From positions 1-63,548 of the forward strand of contig NIVC01000654.1 of NCBI GenBank assembly GCA_002269645.1: a stretch of DNA of 63,548 bases, given 5' to 3'. Origin of the DNA: Macrostomum lignano. Its lineage: Eukaryota. Below the pieces are notes generated by a model. The model saw only the letters and a program-made list of their open reading frames with translations. It ran no database searches and was not told the DNA's origin. The translations under genes and the position numbers were made by a program. Of this stretch, positions 1-15,000 are shown piece after piece; the stretch's first letter is position 1, and the number at the start of each line of letters is the position of its first letter.

Positions 1-3000
1 AGATTAAGCTAGAGACAGATTCTTTCTGGGAAGACAGGGACTGACACGCTCTAATGATCTGTAGAATCTCATATCTGAGTCTTCTAATACAGCTTGGCAA
101 TTGCTGATTGATTTTCCTGGATTTCCCTTATTTAAATACATAGAAATTTTCCGGAATCTCGCCTTCGAATATCTGGAAAGCAGATTAAGCTAGAGACACG
201 ATTCTTTCTGGGAAGACAGGGACTGACACGCTCTAATGATCTGTAGAATCTCATATCTGAGTCTTCTAATACAGCTTGGCAATTGCTGATTGATTTTCGC
301 GAATTTCACCATTTGAATGCATTGCAATTTTCTGGAATCGCCCTTCGAATGAATATCTGGAAAGCAGATTAAGCTAGAGACACGATTCTTTCTGGGGAAG
401 ACAGGGACTGACACGCTCTAATGATCTGTAGAATCTCATATCTGAGTCTTCTAATACAGCTTGGCAATTGCTGATTGATTTTCCTGGATTTCCCTTATTT
501 AAATACATAGAAATTTTCGGAATCTCCGCCTTCGAATATCTGGAAAGCAGATTAAGCTAGAGACACGATTCTTTCTGGGAAGACAGGGACTGACACGCTC
601 TAATGATCTGTAGAATCTCATATCTGAGTCTTCTAATACAGCTTGGCAATTGCTGATTGATTTTCGCGAATTTCACCATTTGAATGCATTGCAATTTTCT
701 GGAATCGCCATTTTGAATGAATATCTGGAAGCAGATTAAGCTAGAGACACGATTCTTTCTGGGGAAGACAGGGACTGACACGCTCTAATGATCTGTAGAA
801 TCTCATATCTGAGTCTTCTAATACAGCTTGGCAATTGCTGATTGATTTTCCTGGATTTCCCTTATTTAAATACATAGAAATTTTCCGGAATCTCGCCTTC
901 GAATATCTGGAAAGCAGATTAAGCTAGAGACACGATTCTTTCTGGGGAAGACAGGGACTGACACGCTCTAATGATCTGTAGAATCTCATATCTGAGTCTT
1001 CTAATACAGCTTGGCAATTGCTGATTGATTTTCGCGAATTTCACCATTTAATGCATTGCAATTTTCTGGAATCGCCTTGAATGAATATCTGGAAAGCAGA
1101 TTAAGCTAGAGACACGATTCTTTCTGGGAAGACAGGGACTGACACGCTCTAATGATCTGTAGAATCTCATATCTGAGTCTTCTAATACAGCTTGGCAATT
1201 GTGATTGATTTTCCTGGATTTCCCTTATTTAAATACATAGAAATTTTCCGGAATCTCGCCTTCGAATATCTGGAAAGCAGATTAAGCTAGAGACACGATT
1301 CTTTCTGGGGAAGACAGGGACTGACACGCTCTAATGATCTGTAGAATCTCATATCTGAGTCTTCTAATACAGCTTGGCAATTGCTGATTGATTTTCCTGG
1401 AATTTCCCATTTAAATACATAGAAATTTTCCGGAATCGCCTTCGAATATCTGGAAAGCAGATTAAGCTAGAGACACGATTCTTTCTGGGGAAGACAGGGA
1501 CTGACACGCTCTAATGATCTGTAGAATCTCATATCTGAGTCTTCTAATACAGCTTGGCAATTGCTGATTGATTTTCGCGAATTTCACCATTTAATGCATT
1601 GCAATTTTCTGGAATCGCCTTTTTGAATGAATATCTGGAAAGCAGATTAAGCTAGAGACACGATTCTTTCTGGGGAAGACAGGGACTGACACGCTCTAAT
1701 GATCTGTAGAATCTCATATCTGAGTCTTCTAATACAGCTTGGCAATTGCTGATTGATTTTCGCGAATTTCACCATTTAAATGCATTGCAAATTTTCTGGA
1801 ATCGCCATTTTGAATGAATATCTGGAAAGCAGATTAAGCTAGAGACACGATTCTTTCTGGGGAAGACAGGGACTGACACGCTCTAATGATCTGTAGAATC
1901 TCATATCTGAGTCTTCTAATACAGCTTGGCAATTGCTGATTGATTTTCCTGGATTTCCCTTATTTAAATACATAGAAATTTTCCGGAATCTCCGCCTTCG
2001 AATATCTGGAAAGCAGATTAAGCTAGAGACATGATTCTTTCTGGGGAAGACAGGGACTGACACGCTCTAATGATCTGTAGAATCTCATATCTGAGTCTTC
2101 TAATACAGCTTGGCAATTGCTGATTGATTTTCGCGAATTTCACCATTTGAATGCATTGCAATTTTCTGGAATCGCCTTTTGAATGAATATCTGGAAAGCA
2201 GATTAAGCTAGAGACACGATTCTTTCTGGGGAAGACAGGGACTGACACGCTCTAATGATCTGTAGAATCTCATATCTGAGTCTTCTAATACAGCTTGGCA
2301 ATTGCTGATTGATTTTCGCGAATTTCACCATTTAAATGCATTGCAATTTTCTGGAATCGCCATTTTTGAATGAATATCTGGAAAGCAGATTAAGCTAGAG
2401 ACACGATTCTTTCTGGGGAAGACAGGGACTGACACGCTCTAATGATCTGTAGAATCTCATATTGAGTCTTCTAATACAGCTTGGCAATTGCTGATTGATT
2501 TTCCTGGATTTCCCTTATTTAAATACATAGAAATTTTCCGGAATCTCCGCCTTCGAATATCTGGAAAGCAGATTAAGCTAGAGACACGATTCTTTCTGGG
2601 GAAGACAGGGACTGACACGCTCTAATGATCTGTAGAATCTCATATCTGAGTCTTCTAATACAGCTTGGCAATTGCTGATTGATTTTCGCGAATTTCACCA
2701 TTTGAATGCATTGCAATTTTCTGGAATCGCCTTTTTGAATGAATATCTGGAAAGCAGATTAAGCTAGAGACACGATTCTTTCTGGGGAAGACAGGGACTG
2801 ACACGCTCTAATGATCTGTAGAATCTCATATCTGAGTCTTCTAATACAGCTTGGCAATTGCTGATTGATTTTCCGGAATTTCCCATTTAAATGCATTGCA
2901 ATTTTCTGGAATCGCCTTCGAATATCTGGAAAGCAGATTAAGCTAGAGACACGATTCTTTCTGGGGAAGACAGGGACTGACACGCTCTAATGATCTGTAG

Positions 3001-6000
3001 AATCTCATATCTGAGTCTTCTAATACAGCTTGGCAATTGCTGATTGATTTTCCTGGATTTCCCTTATTTAAATACATAGAAATTTTCCGGAATCTCCGCC
3101 TTCGAATATCTGGAAAGCAGATTAAGCTAGAGACACGATTCTTTCTGGGGAAGACAGGGACTGACACGCTCTAATGATCTGTAGAATCTCATATTGAGTC
3201 TTCTAATACAGCTTGGCAATTGCTGATTGATTTTCCGAATTTCACCATTTGAATGCATTGAAATTTTCTGGAATCGCCTTTTGAATGAATATCTGGAAAG
3301 CAGATTAAGCTAGAGACACGATTCTTTCTGGGGAAGACAGGGACTGACACGCTCTAATGATCTGTAGAATCTCATATCTGAGTCTTCTAATACAGCTTGG
3401 CAATTGCTGATTGATTTTCGCGATTTCCCATTTGAATGCATTGCAATTTTCTGGAATCGCCATTTTTGAATGAATATCTGGAAAGCAGATTAAGCTAGAG
3501 ACACGATTCTTTCTGGGGAAGACAGGGACTGACACGCTCTAATGATCTGTAGAATCTCATATCTGAGTCTTCTAATACAGCTTGGCAATTGCTGATTGAT
3601 TTTCCTGGATTTCCCTTATTTAAATACATAGAAATTTTCCGGAATCTCCGCCTTCGAATATCTGGAAAGCAGATTAAGCTAGAGACACGATTCTTTCTGG
3701 GGAAGACAGGGACTGACACGCTCTAATGATCTGTAGAATCTCATATCTGAGTCTTCTAATACAGCTTGGCAATTGCTGATTGATTTTCCTGGATTTCCCT
3801 TATTTAAATACAGAAATTTTCCGGAATCTCCGCCTTCGAATATCTGGAAAGCAGATTAAGCTAGAGACACGATTCTTTCTGGGGAAGACAGGGACTGACA
3901 CGCTCTAATGATCTGTAGAATCTCATATTGAGTCTTCTAATACAGCTTGGCAATTGCTGATTGATTTTCGCGAATTTCCCATTTAAATGCATTGCAATTT
4001 TCTGGAATCGCCTTTTGAATGAATATCTGGAAAGCAGATTAAGCTAGAGACACGATTCTTTCTGGGAAGACAGGGACTGACACGCTCTAATGATCTGTAG
4101 AATCTCATATCTGAGTCTTCTAATACAGCTTGGCAATTGCTGATTGATTTTCCGCGATTTCACCATTTAAATGCATTGCAATTTTCTGGAATCGCCTTGA
4201 ATGAATCTGGAAAGCAGATTAAGCTAGAGACACGATTCTTTCTGGGGAAGACAGGGACTGACACGCTCTAATGATCTGTAGAATCTCATATTTGAGTCTT
4301 CTAATACAGCTTGGCAATTGCTGATTGATTTTCCTGGATTTCCCTTATTTAAATACAGAAATTTTCCGGAATCTCCGCCTTCGAATATCTGGAAAGCAGA
4401 TTAAGCTAGAGACACGATTCTTTCTGGGGAAGACAGGGACTGACACGCTCTAATGATCTGTAGAATCTCATATCTGAGTCTTCTAATACAGCTTGGCAAT
4501 TGCTGATTGATTTTCGCGAATTTCACCATTTAAATGCATTGCAATTTTCTGGAATCGCCATTTTTGAATGAATATCTGGAAAGCAGATTAAGCTAGAGAC
4601 ACGATTCTTTCTGGGGAAGACAGGGACTGACACGCTCTAATGATCTGTAGAATCTCATATTTGAGTCTTCTAATACAGCTTGGCAATTGCTGATTGATTT
4701 TCCTGGATTTCCCTTATTTAAATACATAGAAATTTTCCGGAATCTCCGCCTTCGAATATCTGGAAAGCAGATTAAGCTAGAGACACGATTCTTTCTAGGG
4801 AAGACAGGGACTGACACGCTCTAATGATCTGTAGAATCTCATATCTGAGTCTTCTAATACAGCTTGGCAATTGCTGATTGATTTTCCGATTTCACCATTT
4901 AAATGCATTGAAATTTTCTGGAATCGCCTTCGAATATCTGGAAAGCAGATTAAGCTAGAGACACGATTCTTTCTAGGGAAGACAGGGACTGACACGCTCT
5001 AATGATCTGTAGAATCTCATATCTGAGTCTTCTAATACAGCTTGGCAATTGCTGATTGATTTTCGCGAATTTCACCATTTAAATGCATTGCAATTTTCTG
5101 GAATCGCCTTTTTGAATGAATATCTGGAAAGCAGATTAAGCTAGAGACACGATTCTTTCTGGGGAAGACAGGGACTGACACGCTCTAATGATCTGTAGAA
5201 TCTCATATCTGAGTCTTCTAATACAGCTTGGCAATTGCTGATTGATTTTCGCGAATTTCCCATTTAAATGCATTGCAATTTTCTGGAATCGCCTTTTTGA
5301 ATGAATATCTGGAAAGCAGATTAAGCTAGAGACACGATTCTTTCTGGGGAAGACAGGGACTGACACGCTCTAATGATCTGTAGAATCTCATATCTGAGTC
5401 TTCTAATACAGCTTGGCAATTGCTGATTGATTTTCCGGATTTCCCTTATTTAAATACATTGAAATTTTCCGGAATCTCCGCCTTCGAATATCTGGAAAGC
5501 AGATTAAGCTAGAGACACGATTCTTTCTGGGGAAGACAGGGACTGACACGCTCTAATGATCTGTAGAATCTCATATCTGAGTCTTCTAATACAGCTTGGC
5601 AATTGCTGATTGATTTTCGCGAATTTCACCATTTAAATGCATTGCAATTTTCTGGAATCGCCTTTTGAATGAATATCTGGAAAGCAGATTAAGCTAGAGA
5701 CACGATTCTTTCTGGGGAAGACAGGGACTGACACGCTCTAATGATCTGTAGAATCTCATATCTGAGTCTTCTAATACAGCTTGGCAATTGCTGATTGATT
5801 TTCCGATTTCCCTTATTTAAATACATAGAATTTTCCGGAATCTCCGCCTTCGAATATCTGGAAAGCAGATTAAGCTAGAGACACGATTCTTTCTGGGGAA
5901 GACAGGGACTGACACGCTCTAATGATCTGTAGAATCTCATATCTGAGTCTTCTAATACAGCTTGGCAATTGCTGATTGATTTTCGGATTTCCCATTTAAA

Positions 6001-9000
6001 TACATTGAATTTTCCGGAATCGCCTTCGAATATCTGGAAAGCAGATTAAGCTAGAGACACGATTCTTTCTGGGGAAGACAGGGACTGACACGCTCTAATG
6101 ATCTGTAGAATCTCATATCTGAGTCTTCTAATACAGCTTGGCAATTGCTGATTGATTTTCCGGATTTCCCATTTAAATGCATAGCAATTTTCTGGAATCG
6201 CCTTCGAATATCTGGAAAGCAGATTAAGCTAGAGACACGATTCTTTCTGGGAAGACAGGGACTGACACGCTCTAATGATCTGTAGAATCTCATATCTGAG
6301 TCTTCTAATACAGCTTGGCAATTGCTGATTGATTTTCGCGATTTCACCATTTAAATGCATTGCAATTTTCTGGAATCGCCTTCGAATGAATATCTGGAAA
6401 GCAGATTAAGCTAGAGACACGATTCTTTCTGGGGAAGACAGGGACTGACACGCTCTAATGATCTGTAGAATCTCATATCTGAGTCTTCTAATACAGCTTG
6501 GCAATTGCTGATTGATTTTCCTGGATTTCCCATTTAAATACATTGAATTTTCGGAATCGCCTTCGAATATCTGGAAAGCAGATTAAGCTAGAGACACGAT
6601 TCTTTCTGGGAAGACAGGGACTGACACGCTCTAATGATCTGTAGAATCTCATATCTGAGTCTTCTAATACAGCTTGGCAATTGCTGATTGATTTTCGCGA
6701 ATTTCACCATTTAAATACATTGAATTTTCTGGAATCGCCTTGAATGAATATCTGGAAAGCAGATTAAGCTAGAGACACGATTCTTTCTGGGGAAGACAGG
6801 GACTGACACGCTCTAATGATCTGTAGAATCTCATATCTGAGTCTTCTAATACAGCTTGGCAATTGCTGATTGATTTTCCTGGATTTCCCATTTAAATACA
6901 TAGAATTTTCGGAATCGCCTTCGAATATCTGGAAAGCAGATTAAGCTAGAGACACGATTCTTTCTGGGGAAGACAGGGACTGACACGCTCTAATGATCTG
7001 TAGAATCTCATATCTGAGTCTTCTAATACAGCTTGGCAATTGCTGATTGATTTTCCTGGATTTCCCATTTAAATACATTGAATTTTCGGAATCTCCGCCT
7101 TCGAATATCTGGAAAGCAGATTAAGCTAGAGACACGATTCTTTCTGGGGAAGACAGGGACTGACACGCTCTAATGATCTGTAGAATCTCATATCTGAGTC
7201 TTCTAATACAACTTGGCAATTGCTGATTGATTTTCGCGATTTCCCATTTAAATGCATTGCAATTTTCTGGAATCGCCTTTTTGAATGAATATCTGGAAAG
7301 CAGATTAAGCTAGAGACACGATTCTTTCTGGGAAGACAGGGACTGACACGCTCTAATGATCTGTAGAATCTCATATCTGAGTCTTCTAATACAGCTTGGC
7401 AATTGCTGATTGATTTTCGCGAATTTCACCATTTAAATGCATTGCAATTTTCTGGAATCGCCATTTTTGAATGAATATCTGGAAAGCAGATTAAGCTAGA
7501 GACACGATTCTTTCTGGGGAAGACAGGGACTGACACGCTCTAATGATCTGTAGAATCTCATATCTGAGTCTTCTAATACAGCTTGGCAATTGCTGATTGA
7601 TTTTCCTGGATTTCCCTTATTTAAATACATAGAAATTTTCGGAATCTCCGCCTTCGAATATCTGGAAAGCAGATTAAGCTAGAGACACGATTCTTTCTGG
7701 GGAAGACAGGGACTGACACGCTCTAATGATCTGTAGAATCTCATATCTGAGTCTTCTAATACAGCTTGGCAATTGCTGATTGATTTTCGCGAATTTCCCA
7801 TTTGAAATGCATTGCAATTTTCTGGAATCGCCTTTTTGAATGAATATCTGGAAAGCAGATTAAGCTAGAGACACGATTCTTTCTGGGAAGACAGGGACTG
7901 ACACGCTCTAATGATCTGTAGAATCTCATATCTGAGTCTTCTAATACAGCTTGGCAATTGCTGATTGATTTTCGCGAATTTCACCATTTAAATGCATTGC
8001 AATTTTCTGGAATCGCCTTTTTGAATGAATATCTGGAAAGCAGATTAAGCTAGAGACACGATTCTTTCTGGGAAGACAGGGACTGACACGCTCTAATGAT
8101 CTGTAGAATCTCATATCTGAGTCTTCTAATACAGCTTGGCAATTGCTGATTGATTTTCCTGGATTTCCCTTATTTAAATACATAGAAATTTTCCGGAATC
8201 TCGCCTTCGAATATCTGGAAAGCAGATTAAGCTAGAGACACGATTCTTTCTGGGAAGACAGGGACTGACACGCTCTAATGATCTGTAGAATCTCATATCT
8301 GAGTCTTCTAATACAGCTTGGCAATTGCTGATTGATTTTCGCGAATTTCCCATTTGAATGCATTGCAATTTTCTGGAATCGCCTTTTGAATGAATATCTG
8401 GAAAGCAGATTAAGCTAGAGACACGATTCTTTCTGGGAAGACAGGGACTGACACGCTCTAATGATCTGTAGAATCTCATATCTGAGTCTTCTAATACAGC
8501 TTGGCAATTGCTGATTGATTTTCGCGAATTTCACCATTTAAATGCATTGCAATTTTCTGGAATCGCCTTTTTGAATGAATATCTGGAAAGCAGATTAAGC
8601 TAGAGACACGATTCTTTCTGGGGAAGACAGGGACTGACACGCTCTAATGATCTGTAGAATCTCATATCTGAGTCTTCTAATACAGCTTGGCAATTGCTGA
8701 TTGATTTTCCTGGATTTCCCTTATTTAAATACATAGAAATTTTCCGGAATCTCCGCCTTCGAATATCTGGAAAGCAGATTAAGCTAGAGACACGATTCTT
8801 TCTGGGGAAGACAGGGACTGACACGCTCTAATGATCTGTAGAATCTCATATCTGAGTCTTCTAATACAGCTTGGCAATTGCTGATTGATTTTCGCGATTT
8901 CCCATTTAAATGCATTGCAATTTTCTGGAATCGCCTTTTTGAATGAATATCTGGAAAGCAGATTAAGCTAGAGACACGATTCTTTCTGGGAAGACAGGGA

Positions 9001-12000
9001 CTGACACGCTCTAATGATCTGTAGAATCTCATATCTGAGTCTTCTAATACAGCTTGGCAATTGCTGATTGATTTTCCTGGATTTCCCATTTAAATACATT
9101 GAATTTTCGGAATCGCCTTGAATATCTGGAAAGCAGATTAAGCTAGAGACACGATTCTTTCTGGGGAAGACAGGGACTGACACGCTCTAATGATCTGTAG
9201 AATCTCATATCTGAGTCTTCTAATACAGCTTGGCAATTGCTGATTGATTTTCCTGGATTTCCCTTATTTAAATACATAGAAATTTTCGGAATCTCCGCCT
9301 TCGAATATCTGGAAAGCAGATTAAGCTAGAGACACGATTCTTTCTGGGAAGACAGGGACTGACACGCTCTAATGATCTGTAGAATCTCATATCTGAGTCT
9401 TCTAATACAGCTTGGCAATTGCTGATTGATTTTCCTGGATTTCCCTTATTTAAATACATAGAAATTTTCCGGAATCTCCGCCTTCGAATATCTGGAAAGC
9501 AGATTAAGCTAGAGACACGATTCTTTCTGGGAAGACAGGGACTGACACGCTCTAATGATCTGTAGAATCTCATATCTGAGTCTTCTAATACAGCTTGGCA
9601 ATTGCTGATTGATTTTCGCGAATTTCCCATTTAAATGCATTGCAATTTTCTGGAATCGCCTTGAATATATCTGGAAAGCAGATTAAGCTAGAGACACGAT
9701 TCTTTCTGGGGAAGACAGGGACTGACACGCTCTAATGATCTGTAGAATCTCATATCTGAGTCTTCTAATACAGCTTGGCAATTGCTGATTGATTTTCCTG
9801 GATTTCCCTTATTTAAATACATAGAAATTTTCCGGAATCTCGCCTTCGAATATCTGGAAAGCAGATTAAGCTAGAGACACGATTCTTTCTGGGGAAGACA
9901 GGGACTGACACGCTCTAATGATCTGTAGAATCTCATATCTGAGTCTTCTAATACAGCTTGGCAATTGCTGATTGATTTTCCTGGATTTCCCTTATTTAAA
10001 TACATAGAAATTTTCGGAATCTCCGCCTTCGAATATCTGGAAAGCAGATTAAGCTAGAGACACGATTCTTTCTGGGGAAGACAGGGACTGACACGCTCTA
10101 ATGATCTGTAGAATCTCATATCTGAGTCTTCTAATACAGCTTGGCAATTGCTGATTGATTTTCGCGATTTCCCATTTAAATGCATTGAAATTTTCTGGAA
10201 TCGCCTTGAATAATCTGGAAAGCAGATTAAGCTAGAGACACGATTCTTTCTGGGGAAGACAGGGACTGACACGCTCTAATGATCTGTAGAATCTCATATC
10301 TGAGTCTTCTAATACAGCTTGGCAATTGCTGATTGATTTTCGCGAATTTCACCATTTAAATGCATTGCAATTTTCTGGAATCGCCTTTTTGAATATCTGG
10401 AAAGCAGATTAAGCTAGAGACACGATTCTTTCTGGGGAAGACAGGGACTGACACGCTCTAATGATCTGTAGAATCTCATATCTGAGTCTTCTAATACAGC
10501 TTGGCAATTGCTGATTGATTTTCCGGATTTCCCATTTAAATACATAGAATTTTCGGAATCGCCTTCGAATATCTGGAAAGCAGATTAAGCTAGAGACACG
10601 ATTCTTTCTGGGAAGACAGGGACTGACACGCTCTAATGATCTGTAGAATCTCATATCTGAGTCTTCTAATACAGCTTGGCAATTGCTGATTGATTTTCCT
10701 GGATTTCCCATTTAAATACATAGCAATTTTCGGAATCGCCTTCGAATATCTGGAAAGCAGATTAAGCTAGAGACACGATTCTTTCTGGGGAAGACAGGGA
10801 CTGACACGCTCTAATGATCTGTAGAATCTCATATCTGAGTCTTCTAATACAGCTTGGCAATTGCTGATTGATTTTCGCGAATTTCACCATTTAAATGCAT
10901 TGCAATTTTCTGGAATCGCCTTGAATGAATATCTGGAAAGCAGATTAAGCTAGAGACACGATTCTTTCTGGGGAAGACAGGGACTGACACGCTCTAATGA
11001 TCTGTAGAATCTCATATCTGAGTCTTCTAATACAGCTTGGCAATTGCTGATTGATTTTCGCGAATTTCCCATTTAAATGCATTGCAATTTTCTGGAATCG
11101 CCTTGAATGAATATCTGGAAAGCAGATTAAGCTAGAGACACGATTCTTTCTGGGGAAGACAGGGACTGACACGCTCTAATGATCTGTAGAATCTCATATC
11201 TGAGTCTTCTAATACAGCTTGGCAATTGCTGATTGATTTTCCGGATTTCCCTTATTTAAATACATTGCAATTTTCCGGAATCGCCTTCGAATATCTGGAA
11301 AGCAGATTAAGCTAGAGACACGATTCTTTCTGGGAAGACAGGGACTGACACGCTCTAATGATCTGTAGAATCTCATATCTGAGTCTTCTAATACAGCTTG
11401 GCAATTGCTGATTGATTTTCGCGAATTTCCCATTTAAATGCATTGCAATTTTCTGGAATCGCCTTGAATGAATATCTGGAAAGCAGATTAAGCTAGAGAC
11501 ACGATTCTTTCTGGGGAAGACAGGGACTGACACGCTCTAATGATCTGTAGAATCTCATATCTGAGTCTTCTAATACAGCTTGGCAATTGCTGATTGATTT
11601 TCGCGATTTCCCATTTAAATACATTGAAATTTTCGGAATCGCCTTCGAATATCTGGAAAGCAGATTAAGCTAGAGACACGATTCTTTCTGGGGAAGACAG
11701 GGACTGACACGCTCTAATGATCTGTAGAATCTCATATCTGAGTCTTCTAATACAGCTTGGCAATTGCTGATTGATTTTCCTGGATTTCCCTTATTTAAAT
11801 ACATAGAAATTTTCCGGAATCTCGCCTTCGAATATCTGGAAAGCAGATTAAGCTAGAGACACGATTCTTTCTGGGGAAGACAGGGACTGACACGCTCTAA
11901 TGATCTGTAGAATCTCATATCTGAGTCTTCTAATACAGCTTGGCAATTGCTGATTGATTTTCGCGAATTTCCCATTTAAATGCATTGCAATTTTCTGGAA

Positions 12001-15000
12001 TCGCCTTGAATGAATATCTGGAAAGCAGATTAAGCTAGAGACACGATTCTTTCTGGGGAAGACAGGGACTGACACGCTCTAATGATCTGTAGAATCTCAT
12101 ATCTGAGTCTTCTAATACAGCTTGGCAATTGCTGATTGATTTTCGCGAATTTCACCATTTAAATGCATTGCAATTTTCTGGAATCGCCTTTTTGAATGAA
12201 TATCTGGAAAGCAGATTAAGCTAGAGACACGATTCTTTCTGGGGAAGACAGGGACTGACACGCTCTAATGATCTGTAGAATCTCATATCTGAGTCTTCTA
12301 ATACAGCTTGGCAATTGCTGATTGATTTTCCGGATTTCCCTTATTTAAATACATTTTCGGAATCTCGCCTTCGAATATCTGGAAAGCAGATTAAGCTAGA
12401 GACACGATTCTTTCTGGGGAAGACAGGGACTGACACGCTCTAATGATCTGTAGAATCTCATATCTGAGTCTTCTAATACAGCTTGGCAATTGCTGATTGA
12501 TTTTCGCGATTTCCCATTTAAATGCATTGCAATTTTCTGGAATCGCCTTGAATAATATCTGGAAAGCAGATTAAGCTAGAGACACGATTCTTTCTGGGGA
12601 AGACAGGGACTGACACGCTCTAATGATCTGTAGAATCTCATATCTGAGTCTTCTAATACAGCTTGGCAATTGCTGATTGATTTTCGGATTTCCCATTTAA
12701 ATACATTGCAATTTTCGGAATCGCCTTGAATATCTGGAAAGCAGATTAAGCTAGAGACACGATTCTTTCTGGGGAAGACAGGGACTGACACGCTCTAATG
12801 ATCTGTAGAATCTCATATCTGAGTCTTCTAATACAGCTTGGCAATTGCTGATTGATTTTCCGGATTTCCCATTTAAATACATAGAAATTTTCGGAATCGC
12901 CTTCGAATATCTGGAAAGCAGATTAAGCTAGAGACACGATTCTTTCTGGGGAAGACAGGGACTGACACGCTCTAATGATCTGTAGAATCTCATATCTGAG
13001 TCTTCTAATACAGCTTGGCAATTGCTGATTGATTTTCGCGATTTCCCATTTAAATGCATTGCAATTTTCTGGAATCGCCTTCGAATGAATATCTGGAAAG
13101 CAGATTAAGCTAGAGACACGATTCTTTCTGGGAAGACAGGGACTGACACGCTCTAATGATCTGTAGAATCTCATATCTGAGTCTTCTAATACAGCTTGGC
13201 AATTGCTGATTGATTTTCGCGAATTTCACCATTTAAATGCATTGCAATTTTCTGGAATCGCCTTCGAATGAATATCTGGAAAGCAGATTAAGCTAGAGAC
13301 ACGATTCTTTCTGGGGAAGACAGGGACTGACACGCTCTAATGATCTGTAGAATCTCATATCTGAGTCTTCTAATACAGCTTGGCAATTGCTGATTGATTT
13401 TCCGAATTTCCCATTTAAATGCATTGCAATTTTCGGAATCGCCTTCGAATATCTGGAAAGCAGATTAAGCTAGAGACACGATTCTTTCTGGGGAAGACAG
13501 GGACTGACACGCTCTAATGATCTGTAGAATCTCATATCTGAGTCTTCTAATACAGCTTGGCAATTGCTGATTGATTTTCCGATTTCCCATTTAAATGCAT
13601 TGCAAATTTTCGGAATCGCCTTCGAATATCTGGAAAGCAGATTAAGCTAGAGACACGATTCTTTCTGGGAAGACAGGGACTGACACGCTCTAATGATCTG
13701 TAGAATCTCATATCTGAGTCTTCTAATACAGCTTGGCAATTGCTGATTGATTTTCCTGGATTTCCCATTTAAATACATTGAAATTTTCCGGAATCGCCTT
13801 CGAATATCTGGAAAGCAGATTAAGCTAGAGACACGATTCTTTCTGGGGAAGACAGGGACTGACACGCTCTAATGATCTGTAGAATCTCATATCTGAGTCT
13901 TCTAATACAGCTTGGCAATTGCTGATTGATTTTCGCGATTTCCCATTTAAATACATTGCAATTTTCTGGAATCGCCTTCGAATATCTGGAAAGCAGATTA
14001 AGCTAGAGACACGATTCTTTCTGGGGAAGACAGGGACTGACACGCTCTAATGATCTGTAGAATCTCATATCTGAGTCTTCTAATACAGCTTGGCAATTGC
14101 TGATTGATTTTCCTGGATTTCCCTTATTTAAATGCATTGAAATTTTCCGGAATCGCCTTCGAATATCTGGAAAGCAGATTAAGCTAGAGACACGATTCTT
14201 TCTGGGAAGACAGGGACTGACACGCTCTAATGATCTGTAGAATCTCATATCTGAGTCTTCTAATACAACTTGGCAATTGCTGATTGATTTTCGCGAATTT
14301 CACCATTTAAATGCATTGCAATTTTCTGGAATCGCCTTTTGAATGAATATCTGGAAAGCAGATTAAGCTAGAGACACGATTCTTTCTGGGGAAGACAGGG
14401 ACTGACACGCTCTAATGATCTGTAGAATCTCATATCTGAGTCTTCTAATACAGCTTGGCAATTGCTGATTGATTTTCCTGGATTTCCCTTATTTAAATAC
14501 ATAGAAATTTTCCGGAATCTCCGCCTTCGAATATCTGGAAAGCAGATTAAGCTAGAGACACGATTCTTTCTGGGAAGACAGGGACTGACACGCTCTAATG
14601 ATCTGTAGAATCTCATATCTGAGTCTTCTAATACAGCTTGGCAATTGCTGATTGATTTTCGCGATTTCCCATTTAAATGCATTGCAATTTTCTGGAATCG
14701 CCTTCGAATGAATATCTGGAAAGCAGATTAAGCTAGAGACACGATTCTTTCTGGGGAAGACAGGGACTGACACGCTCTAATGATCTGTAGAATCTCATAT
14801 CTGAGTCTTCTAATACAGCTTGGCAATTGCTGATTGATTTTCCGATTTCCCATTTAAATGCATTGCAATTTTCTGGAATCGCCTTCGAATATCTGGAAAG
14901 CAGATTAAGCTAGAGACACGATTCTTTCTGGGGAAGACAGGGACTGACACGCTCTAATGATCTGTAGAATCTCATATCTGAGTCTTCTAATACAGCTTGG